Positions 21,241 to 32,935 of a stretch of 64,000 nucleotides of DNA are shown here, one piece after another. The position numbers and the translations under genes were made by a program. The DNA comes from Macrostomum lignano. Taxonomy: Eukaryota. The DNA lies in assembly GCA_002269645.1 (NCBI GenBank), contig NIVC01000094.1, positions 1,054,001-1,118,000 of the forward strand, written 5' to 3'. Position 1 is the first letter of the stretch. Each line of letters begins with the position of its first letter. The notes below the pieces were generated by a model. That model saw only the letters and a program-made list of their open reading frames with translations, made no database searches and was not told the origin of the DNA.

Positions 21241-22487
21241 CCAGTCTGGGGGTGCTGAGGACCAGTCTGAGGATCCGAGAGGGTGCTGAGGACCAGCCTA
21301 AGGATCCGAGAGGGTGCTGAGGACCAGCCTAAGGATCCGAGAGGGTGCTGAGGACCAGCCTAAGGATCCGAGAGGGTGCTGAGGACCAGCCTAAGGATCC
21401 GAGAGGGTGCTGAGGACCAGTCTAAGGATCTGAGAGGGTGCTGAGGACCAGCCTAAGGATCCGAGAGGGTGCTGAGGACCAGCCTGGGGATCCGAGAGGG
21501 TGCTGAGGACCAGTCTGAGGATTCGAGAGGGGCTGAGGATCCGAGAGGGTGCTGATGACCAGTGTGGGGATCCGAGAGGGTGCTGAGGACCAGCCTAAGG
21601 ATCCGAGAGGGTGCTGAGGACCAGCCTAAGGATCCGAGAGGGTGCTGAGGACCAGCCTAAGGATCTGAGAGGGTGCTGAGGACCAGCCTAAGGATCTGAG
21701 AGGGTGCTGAGGACCAGCCTAAGGATCCGAGAGGGTGCTGAGGACCAGCCTAAGGATCCGAGAGGGTGCTGAGGACCAGCCTAAGGATCTGAGAGGGTGC
21801 TGAGGACCAGTCTGAGGATCCGAGAGGGGCTGAGGATCCGAGAGGGTGCTGAGGACCAGTCTGGGGATTCGAGAGGGTGCTGAGGACCAGCCTGGGGATC
21901 CGAGAGGGTGCTGAGGACCAGCCTGAGGATCCGAGAGGGTGCTGAGGACCAGCCTGGGGATCCGAGAGGGTGCTGAGGATCAGCCTGGGGATCCGAGAGG
22001 GTGCTGAGGACCAGTCTGAGGATTCGAGAGGGGCTGAGGATCCGAGAGGGTGCTGATGACCAGTGTGGGGATCCGAGAGGGTGCTGAGGACCAGTCTGAG
22101 GATCCGAGAGGGTGCTGAGGACCAGTCTGGGGATTCGAGAGGGTGCTGAGGACCAGCCTGGGGATCCGAGAGGGTGCTGAGGACCAGCCTGGGGATCCGA
22201 GAGGGTGCTGAGGACCAGTCTGAGGATTCGAGAGGGGCTGAGGATCCGAGAGGGTGCTGATGACCAGGGTGGGGATCCGAGAGGGTGCTGAGGACCAGTC
22301 TGAGGATCCGAGAGGGTGCTGAGGACCAGTCTGGGGATTCGAGAGGGTGCTGAGGACCAGCCTGGGGATCCGAGAGGGTGCTGAGGACCAGCCTGGGGAT
22401 CCGAGAGGGTGCTGAGGACCAGTCTGAGGATCCGAGAGGGGCTGAGGACCAGCCCGAGAATCCGAGAGGGTGCTGAGGACCAGCCTT
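21241..22487. repeat. 31-bp minisatellite (GAGGACCAGCCTAAGGATCCGAGAGGGTGCT) with periodic shorter variant units
   Basis: Read directly; lies between CIR1 and METTL4. Confidence 0.95.
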
Positions 22488-23060
22488 AAGAATCATCATC
22501 ACAGAATCACTTTTGAGTTTTGAACTTGAATAAGCAGCCCAAGTAAAACTACAAGAAGTGCAACGAAATTGTTTGAAAACCAAGAATAAATTATATTGAA
22601 TCTCATACAGATCCGTATTTGAGTATGCACTGTTCGCAAACAAGCGCGGACAACAAACATTAAACCACTGACAGGGTTTTGTCTATATATTTGATTGATA
22701 AAAACTTTGAAAAACAATCAGCAAGCATGTACACGGTTGCATAACACGGCCGATAAATAAATGAGAGTTGTAAGAAAGCTTATTTACTATGTACAAAAGT
22801 AAAATGAAGTTATAAGTTCTTTCAACACATTATTAAAACAAGATTAGGTAGCAGCCGCCTCTCCGTCACAGACATACTTGACTCATTAAAAAGTCACTTG
22901 CATCGCCCCAGAGTCACTAGGGAGTTATTTGCAGCGACTATTTAGCAATTCTTGCCAAAGGTATCATCGTTTTCAACGGGGGAGAATAGTTAAGAAAACA
23001 AGACAGAAGCAAAATCATCTCAGACAGGAATTAAACAGTTAGCGAATTCGTACTGCAAAC

Positions 23061-26000
23061 TCAGCGCTCCTTACGGCGCCTCCTGTCCTTTTCTTTTTTC
23101 TCTTTCTTTTCCTTCTTGTGCTTCTTGTGCTTCTTCTTGCCGCCGTCTCGGTCGCTTTTGCCCGACTCCAGCTTCTCGAGCTTCTTCATCAGCTTCTCGC
23201 GCTGGGCAGGCGTCAGCGAGCGAAAGAAGGCCTCAACCTCGGCTTCGCTGCTGGCCGATGCGCCGCCGCCGGCGACGACTTCGTTGTAGCCGGAGGCCTC
23301 GGCCCGGCGGGTGAAGCGCAGGTGCTGCTCGTCGCGCATGTGCCGGCCGGCGTCGCCAAGATGAGAGTCGGGCAGCTGCGGCTCCATGGTGATGGACTTG
23401 CCATACAGCGGGCACAGCCGGTCGGTGTTCACGTGGCCCCAGCTGTGGCATTTCACGCAGCGCACGTTGCGCACCTCGATGCCAAACGGCTGGTCGCGGA
23501 CCTCGTCGCTGCCTTTGCAGTAGGCCTCTCTGGGCGCCTGGAATTTGCGCTGCCATTCGAAGCGAACCTCGCGAGCCTCGCTGGGGCCGGCCTCCTCCTG
23601 CGGGACCGGGGGGTGTGATTGGTTAGATTAGCTAATTAATAGAGTTCCACTGTAGCTATGGATAATAGCTACGGAAACTTATGGATATGGTTAAGTCCCT
23701 GAGGTTGAGGACTCAATATTTGTAATCCCATATTCACATGATGTTAAGGTAATTGTTAAGATGAATGTTTTCACTTTCAATGCGATGAGGTCTTAAATGT
23801 GAATTTTAATGATAATTGCATCAATACAATGTTCTATTGCGAAGCAGTGGAAAAGCAATAAATATTAATTCAGTAAATTATTCACTTAAGAACTGATTTA
23901 AATGCCATTTCAAGATATAACCAAGATGCTTTTTGACACCAATATACTGCTTTGCCTGCATCAAAAAAGTGTAAACTTCAATCACTGCTATCCAGACCAG
24001 ACACAGACTGTCTCGAAACTTTAGCAAAACCCCTTAATTCATTTTAGCAAACTTTTATACCAAAGGACCTTATATTACTAAAAAACCTATCACTAAAATG
24101 ACCATGCCCATAAAAATTATAGGAAGCAAACAAAAACTCATTATATCCCAGACTCTGGATGGTATTAGTACATAAGGGGCCTAGTATATCCTTTGGTATA
24201 TAGCCTGGCATGCAGAGATTGCCAAGAAAGCAAGTGGGACCAAAGTTTCAAGTCAATGTAATCAATGTATATACTTAGTATACAAAATGACTAAGTTCAA
24301 CTTTGGCATAGTCTTTATATGCATAGTTATAGTTATAGTAGCTAAATTTTGATCAAAAAGAATAGCTCCTATGGATCTTTAAAAGTTATTAACAAAAAAC
24401 AAAATAAAAAATCATGTTTAATTCTATATTTTTAATTCTATATTCCAGAAGGTATATATTATGTCATGCCAGAATTTCTAGTATATATTTGGTTTGGCCA
24501 AAAAAATTGGCATGCCTTTTGGTTAAGCAAAAAATAAGGTATGCTATGCCATGGAATAGCTTGATAGCATATAATATAATATAGTATGATCATAGTGGGG
24601 CAGTGTTTTTGAGTTTTGGAAAATACTTATAAATATATTTTATCCTGTTTATTTTTACTAGAAATACCAAAGAGTACCGAAAAAATTTATAATTTAATTT
24701 AATGCTTATGCCTATAGTTATAAATTTTTAAAGCTTTGTTTTTTCTTGTGCATTTTTAAAATATAATTTTTGCATATATTTTTGCTTTTTTGTGGGGCTA
24801 TTGTTAATTATTTCAATGGTATATGTGGCATAAAGTTGGTAAACATGGCATGCAATAGGTGTACAAACAAAAAATGCTAGGTATATATTCTAGCAAGCAA
24901 TTAACATGATCTAGAATATGGCAAAAATGGTTAAAAGATAGTTCTTCATGGTTTAGTATAAAAATAACCAATTTTTACTAATGATTTTTTGGCAATCCTC
25001 TAGTTTTGTATGGTAAATTATTTTTATTGAAAATGATAACCTTTAAATAACTTTCAGCTTGATAAGTGGTGAGATAGATAATAGAGAACAAATTTAACAT
25101 ATTATCAAATGCCTAGTTTTGTTTAAATATGTATAAATGATATTTTTTTCTAGCTTATCAATAGCTGCCTAACCATGCTATCATCAATTTTTGACTGCAT
25201 TTTGTAAACCCAGTGGACCTAACTATTTACATTAATATTATTGAAGGCACATAGATAGGCTCATGAAAAAAACTAAATTTAGTCTTATATTTTGGCGAAA
25301 ATGTGATCAAAATCAGTCGAGAATTGCAATCTCTAGAGCATTATGGACAAGCATACAAACAAACAAATATTAGAGATTTAGTATATTTAGATTTACATTA
25401 ATATTATTGAAGGCACATAGATAAGCTCATGAAAAAACTAAATTTAGTCTTATATTATAGACTAGTTGAGTCCTACTTATAGAAATACCTTTGGCAGCAC
25501 CAGTTCCTAAACAAGACCTTCAGGAACTTTTTATATACTGGGTATTATATTATTATCAACTTTAACATCCATTAATATTGTTTATATATGTTTAGGGCCT
25601 AAACAAAAGTCTTAAAACAAAAACATAAGTTTAAACAAAACAAAAGGCCTAGGCACTCAATAATATGATAAGTTTGTTCTCTATTATCTATTTTGTTATT
25701 TATTGAGCTTAAAGTTACATAAAAGTTATTATTTTCAACAAAAAATTAAATGTGTCTAAATTATTAAGATGCCTCCATATAATATAAAAATATAAAAAAT
25801 ACATTAGCAATGCTTTATAATGAAATTTTATTATAGACTCTAGTAGTCGAACTAAATGTTTTGACAGATTACGAAAGAAAAAGATAGGTCTAGGTCTAAT
25901 ATATATAACAATGTAAAAAATGTTTACCTTATCAGCACCAGGGGGCCTATCATACATGAAAGCAATTCCAAGCTTTGCTTTTTCATCTCCTAAAATGGCT

Positions 26001-26167
26001 CGAGCTTCAAGCTGCTCTTGCTCTCGACGATAAAGAGCGACTTTTTCTTCTTCCTTTTTTTCCTCGAATTCCTTTTTCTGCTGTGCCATCCATAAACGTT
26101 TAATATTGTCGAAGCTTCCTGGGTGGAAGAACTTCTTGTTCATATAATTTTGATAACCTTTGCCCAT
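23061..26167 (-). CDS. CIR1: Corepressor interacting with RBPJ 1 (exons 26167-25928 and 23597-23061)
   Basis: [31 protein letters not shown]...[11 protein letters not shown]|EEAG...[12 protein letters not shown]...[33 protein letters not shown] matches CIR1; phase-0 GT-AG intron; Lys-rich tail. Confidence 0.95.
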
Positions 26168-29100
26168 TTTAACGTGAGTTGGGCGCTAAACAGTTGAAGA
26201 AATGAATATATGTATATGGACTTACACTTGTTGTAAGCAATTTCAACTAGGACCTCAGCTTAAATTTTATCTTTTATGTAAAAAAATGTACAGTTTGAGT
26301 CGTAACGGATGTTGCAATTCATCGTAAATTATTATTTAAACTTATTGGTTTATTAAAACGCCGAAAATACTATTTTTAAAATCTGTTTTTATTGTATTGT
26401 TACCACCTGGTTTTTCAAGAAACCCCCAAGTTACTTTTTTTGACAATTTTTTTTACTTTGTTTAACATAACTTACCGGAGATTTCTTAAAAGTGTTTGAT
26501 TACATTGCTTAATAGCAGTGTTGGTGACTTGGCTTTGCAATTATTGTTGTTTTGTAAGTACTTTATTCAGTGTTTTTAACAGAAGGTGTTTCTATCTTGA
26601 TTCACTGCGTTCGCTTTTCTATTTTGCTGTTTTAATTCATTCTAGCCCCTTACTATTCTAATCCCAAGTTTTTCGCGCCGTCTCTTCGTGATGTAATCGC
26701 GCTCATCAATAGCAACATATAAACCGCAATCGTTTGCCATTTCGTACCAAACTTTATCATTTTGAAATCTCAAGTTAATTCTTTACAAGTAAGTAAAAGT
26801 GATTTATAATAATTATTAAACAAGACGATAGCTGGGATTCTAAGAACTCTGAAAATACTTTTGAAGGCGTACGCGATTACGTATGAGAGTATGATTCTCA
26901 GAGTATGTATAAAAATACTAGCTTTATTATTTATCTGTAGTTACTTACCTTATTTTCATTTAAGTTTATTTTGATCATCACTTACTCATAAATGGCAGCA
27001 GGTTAAGTGATTTTTTTCGTTTCTTATAAGGGCCTGAAGTACGAGTAGTACGTGCTAATACACATGAATGCATATGTATCAAGGACCACTAGAAGTTACC
27101 GTTGATACAACCGTTGATATGTACATGTAAGCCCATGGGCTGCAAAGCCTCCTCGCTGTTTCCAGACGAACGGAGCCCCCTGCAGCTAATGTCAAGCCCA
27201 TAATATCGCGCGCAATTCATATTGACTGTTCGTGAATTGATTGATTGCAAAATGAGAAAAAAATCATACATTAATATACGAGTAACATATTGCCCCAGAA
27301 CAGCTGAAAAATATCAAATATATATATAAGCGATAGAAACGAAAACAGTACGTTTTTATCCGAATGCAGTCCTGATCTATAACCCAGGGAGGCAGCTCGC
27401 GTACTGTTGTACTCTTTAATTACATGTACGTGCATTAAACGCTTGATCTATCGGGGACGCTGCGGCTTTCAAATGACAAAAAACAGCTAAAAGCCAAACG
27501 CTCGCGGTTGTGAGCAGCCAAGCAAGGCCGAGTTGATCCAGTTATACCGCCTCAGCATTGCGGCAACAAGCGACTTTGCTCGACGTTGCAGAACTCGTTA
27601 AGTGCTTTGCTGCTTTTCGTCACACTCTGCCAAAAAAGCTCTTTCTCCATGCAAGCTCACAAGAACTAACCCACTTAATATAAAGTCCATCCCTCCCTTT
27701 TATCTAGCAATTGACATCAAAAATCAGTTAAGTCTATTCCCTCAGTGTGATTTTCCCTTGGAAGTCCCGATTAAAGCATTGACGACATTTCCCCGGTGTT
27801 AAATATATCTACCATTTATTAAGATATATAAGACAAAGATAGATTAAAAAGGCATGTAATTTAAACGACTCAGATCATAAGTTATTTACCCGCTCGTACT
27901 GTCAATTGATGAGTCGGTGGTGACTGCATGAGCACTAAGCGGCCAAGGCAATACGTCGAACCGCAGCAATTAGAAAGCACGGCGACCCTCCGCTTTGAAA
28001 TGCATCATTACCTCCTGTTATCTAGCTTCATTGGATTTTTCTCGCAAATTAAGCCGGAGCGCTCCCCAACTGCCTTGTCCCACTTTCGCTGGAAAATTAC
28101 CTTAGGTAATCCTTCCGATCCACTGAAAGAGGGTGCAGCGAGTAATACAATTTTGACCTCGCTCTCCTACACCCCCCCAGCCCGATCCTAATCAACCGGA
28201 ATTGTTTGGTGAGGTCCCGGCGGGACACGGGGCTGGTGTCGGCGTCCTGTGTGTCCAGCAGAGTCTAGTTCAACAAATCAAGCGAGAGTAAAACAGGATA
28301 CTGCATACGAGTTGGCACTCACTTGGCTACGGGATCAATACGTGCTAAACCAGCTTCGTTGGCACGTTCGAAACGCCTCCGTGTTGGGGGGGGGGGGCAA
28401 GAAGTGGCGCCGGGGCCGTACGCGCATACGGCAGTGTTTCGCTTCAGTCGGCGGTTCGATTCGTCAATTCATTTGTAAGGACGAGAGGCGCCGTAGTGGG
28501 TGATGTAACTCTTCGACTCTCCCCCATCTCTCTCTCTAAACGCTTAATGAGGCTTACACAGACTCCAGTGGCAGCTGTGCAAAGCTGAAGGCCATTTAAT
28601 GCGGCTGACACTACGGATTATGCAGCCCATCGAGTTGAGCCGGGCTCAGCTGAGCTGGCCGAGCTCACCGGCTGCCTGCTGGCGTCATCTGTCTGCACAG
28701 ACCGGTCGGACGTCCCCCGCGCCACTCTGCATGCCCACTTCTCTCAAGCGACCGACCAAAAAACTCAATTTTCTGGATGGGGGGCCGAAGGGAGAAAGGG
28801 ACAGAGTCAGAAACAGAAGACCCCGAGACTGCTGGGACGCTAATTGCGACTGAGTGCCGACTCGAAGGGGAGGGGGGCTGCGGTCATCTGCCGGGCGCAC
28901 ATCGGGCTGATGAAGGCAGGCGCGCATTTTTTGTTTTTGGCTTCGATGCTTCGAGTCTCTCTGGTTGTCGTGTCGATGCTTTGCTGCTGGCAGAGCATTT
29001 TCTGTTCAATTAATAGCTTGTAGGCATGAAATCCGGTCTAAAGAGAGCATGTCCTGCCGGTTTGGCTATCCGTCAGACTGCCTGTCCTGTCACCCTCACA

Positions 29101-29220
29101 ACATGAAATCCGCAAAATGATCGCGCAAAAATTTCAATGCTCGATTAATTTCGAAGCACTTCTAAGGGGATATTTTTATAGTGCAACCTACGCCTGTCAA
29201 TCACTTGATGGAACTTAAGA

Positions 29221-29462
29221 GGGATGTGAACTTAAGAGTCAAAATGGAGCCTGAAGCATTGGGTCCCGATTTCTCTACACCAATCCCTACATTTGGAGCC
29301 AAATAGCTCCCGTTTTGACGAAAACCCGACCATTTTAGCAATTGGGGATCTTTATGGGGAGAAGTGAAATAAATGGGGATTTCACGTGAACATGATTTCA
29401 TGCGAATATGATCATGGGACCCAATGTTTCAGGCTCCATTTTGGCTTTTAAGTTCACATCCC
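29221..29462. mobile_element. MITE-like element with 47-bp terminal inverted repeats (~242 bp)
   Basis: 29221-29267 and the reverse complement of 29416-29462 differ at 3 of 47 positions; no clear TSD. Confidence 0.75.
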
Positions 29463-32310
29463 CTTTGGTCCAATGTCGAATGACGTTCTTGTCGACAGTA
29501 ATAATTTTTAACAGTGCGATCTGGTTGGAACTCGACTGACTGAACTTGCGTGTCACTGGCTCAGCAAATATTTGATAGCAAAGTTCGTTGATAAAGATTG
29601 CTTGGCAAAAATGTGTCGCCTTTTTTATTGCCTACATGCTCCGGTAATATCAAGCAGAATTGATTGCTTGGAATAATAATTTGCGCAAGTGTTGCGTAAT
29701 TTCTAAACAAGCTTGTGTATGCATAGCTGGGGTGGCTTTCCTTCATTGCAGCAGCGGTTCCCAGCTGACTTGAATCTGTCCGCGGGGCAGCATTAAGTGA
29801 CAGGTTGGTGCCTGCCGAACTGATTGCCACCCATATTGCACAACTGCGCAAAACCTTCAGCGGGCCTGAATGTGACACGCTGGCTCTGACCTTTGCGTGC
29901 GAGCTTTAATATGATTTTAGGCATTGCTATTTCTGCCTATCTCAGTATCAGTTTTGTTCCACAAGCAGATAGGGGAATGTGTTTCGAGTGCAACAATGCG
30001 GATGCTTGGGTATGACCTCCGTGGCATTCCAGACTCTATATGCGTGATTCGGCATCCAAAGTCAGACTGTCTGACTCACGGCTCTCTGCTGTCTCAGAGC
30101 GGGCCGATCTGAAATTAATTAGCCATCCTTTGTTTTCCCTGGCACACACTCCAGAATGCCAATGATGATGAGGCTCTGAAGGAGCTTGTCCTCCCCCGAC
30201 CTACCCTATCCGGGACCGGCTCGGAATGCATTAGGAGGGGACTTCCTACAGCATTCGAACGGAGCCTCCCCGAGCTCCAATACCGCTAATGACTGCTGCC
30301 GGTCCCTCCGCGTCTGTTCTTGGGACTTCGGGCCTCTGTTAAATGCTGACCTGTCTGGCTGAACAAGCTGGGGAGACAGACGAAATCGGAGCGGCTTATC
30401 CTGTCCCTCGGAGGGGACCGGATCAGTGGGCATGACGCAATCATGCGGATTGGCAAGTGGCCGAGAGGCTTGGCCTTCTCTCCGAAGCCCCGCACAGAAT
30501 TCCCGGATCCCACGCACCCCGAGATCCCGCTTCAGTTTAGGGATGGCGGCAGCTGTTTGATCTTGACTGATTTCTAGGAAAATGCTGCTCACATTTTGTT
30601 CTTCTCTCACAAATCTCTCACGTCAATCCCGCATGAATGGAGCAGGTGGCCTTGTGAGTCCTTGTGAGCTCTCTGTGAGCTCAAATCCCCGCTTGGAAGC
30701 CTTAAAACTGGCCATGCAGCGCTGCGGCAGGGGGATCAGCAGCGGCCTCTCCCGCACGGTTGGTTGCCAGGGCCCGCGTGTTGGTCGGGCCGTCGCCACG
30801 CATAGCGCAGTGAATAATGCATGGCGCGGCGGGGTGGCTCAGCTTCATCATATCTTGATGAAGGGAGGAGGAGGCTGCAGTAGGGCGGGGCCGGCCCAGA
30901 GACTGCATGACTGAACAGAGCTGGTGGGCTGTTGTATTTTGGGGGGGGGGTTGAGACGTGTCGGTGGGTGGCAAGGTGTGGACGGCTGCGTCAACATCAA
31001 TAAATAAAAGGATGTTTTGTCAGGCCGGCGGAAGAGGGTGGAGCGCGGAGAAGTGCTCACCCTGTTCTCCCAGTAAGCTCTCGATTTTCCTCTCGCATCC
31101 TCTTGACTCTTCATCAATTCGATTAATCCATCCCACTACGCGTTTGCACCTTTCTGCCTTTTCTGCAACAACAGATCTGCTTGGGTGCTTCTCTTCCTTT
31201 AATTATCCTCAGTTCACTGCTTTCTCTTATGAGCCACTTTCTTCACTGTCCCACTGACCGCCTTTATCTACTGTCCTCTCCTGTGACCCCCACTTATCTA
31301 CTGTCCTCTCCTGTGACCCCCACTTATCTGCTGTCCTCTCCTATGACCCCAACTAATCTAATGTCCTCTCCTATGACCCCACTTATCTAGTGTCCTCTTA
31401 TCTCAAAAGAAATACGCTTTTCCTATGACCCACCCTCCTATGAGGCTCATAAAATCGCACTTTACTGACTCGAACTTGTTATCAAAACAACAATGTACTT
31501 TTTAACCTCAACTGACCGGAAGTTCGAGGCCGACCAATTAGCACGCATACCTCATTTCTCTCAGCGACTGCCCAGCTCTCGTCTCGGGTTTCTCTCGCCA
31601 TCATACAGAGCATTGGGGGCGGGCTTTTGCTAACACACACTGTTGACCCCCCCCCCCCAACACTGCCCAAGGCTGGCATTGCAGAGTGGGAAAGTGGGGA
31701 CCCCACTTAGTGCGAGGAAAGTGTTTTGAAAGACAGCAACAAGCAGCTTCTACCACATTTGCTGCGGGTTGTCCAGGTAGGCGGTAACTCCGTCCAGCTG
31801 CTCTTCAATGCAATTTGGTCGCTCAATATGCACTTTGTGTGGAATTCTCTCACCTAACTCTGCATTTGTGCTTGAGAGAGTAAACACAGCACTGCGCATG
31901 ATCTGAGGACTGTGCAGCTATTCTTAAATTTGTTTTTTATATAGTATATATCTGAGCAGATATGTACTTTGAGCCTAGGAGCAAGCAGTTTAGTCCTTAG
32001 TGAGAATCAATCTACTTCGAAGTATTGAAGACGATTTTCATTGTCTATGGCCCAGAAGGGGAATATCTGTGAAGTGAATTGAAACAGTAAAAGACAAAAT
32101 CGTAACGTACAGTACAAGTTCAAAACAATCGTATGTGTCTCGAAGCAATGCTGAACAAATGGAACTCGAACCCCTGATCAATGTTCGAAGAATCTCTTCT
32201 CCATTGAAGCAGCGTGGGATGAAGCCCTGCTCAATTAAACTCTTGTCTCACATTTCCATGTTTGTCTAATGAAACCCGTCATATTCTATGGCCCAAGTCT
32301 TGTACAACTG

Positions 32311-32420
32311 CAGGGGCGTCGCCATCGGGGGGAGGGGGCACAGCGGGACATGTCCCCCCTAGTAAAAGCTATTGGGGGGACATGCCAATGTTTTTTCTCC
32401 CCACCCCACCTTGCGACCCG
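32311..32420. mobile_element. Probable truncated hAT-type MITE end (CAGGGGCGTCGCC...G/C-run motifs)
   Basis: CAGGGGCG start typical of hAT-derived MITEs; no matching other end found. An unrelated-looking hAT-like end CGCCGACCCCTG lies near 33126-33137. Confidence 0.35.
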
Positions 32421-32507
32421 TTATGGAAATCAATAATTCTGCTTCAGGGCGCTAAAGTGACTGCCTGAAGCGCCAAAATGAGTGCCTAATATAATATAAT
32501 AGTGCCT

Positions 32508-32935
32508 CGCCTCTCCTCTCCTCTCTCCTCTCCTCTCCTCTCCTCTCCTCTCCTCTCCTCTCCTTCTCCTTCTCCTCTCCTCTCCTCTCCTCACCTCTCC
32601 TCTCCTCACCTCTCCTCTCCTCTCCTCACCTCTCCTCTCCTCTCCTCTTCTCTCCTCTCCTCTCCTCTCCTTTCCTCTCCTCTCCTCTCCTCTCCTCTCC
32701 TCTCCTCTCCTCTCCTCTCCTCTCCTCTCCTCTCCTCTCCTCTTCTCTACTCTCCTCTCCTCTTCTCTCCTCTCCTCTCCTCTCCTCTCCTCTCCTCACC
32801 TCTCCTCTCCTCTCCTCTCCTCTCCTCTCCTCTCCTCTCCTCTCCTCTCCTCACCTCTCCTCTCCTCTCCTCTCCTCTCCTCTCCTCTCCTCTCCTCTCC
32901 TCTCCTCTCCTCTCCTCTTCTCTCCTCTCCTCAAA
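32508..32935. repeat. (CTCCT)n pentamer microsatellite
   Basis: Read directly. Confidence 0.97.

Noticed and set aside
18140-22487. Regular 30-60 bp repeat arrays as possible CRISPR arrays
   Set aside because: Units are head-to-tail with no unique spacers, there are no cas genes, and the context is intron-containing eukaryotic DNA.
27900-28010. GC-rich stretch as a possible snRNA or SL RNA gene
   Set aside because: I could not recognise a spliced-leader exon, Sm site or known snRNA motif; an Rfam/Infernal scan would be needed.
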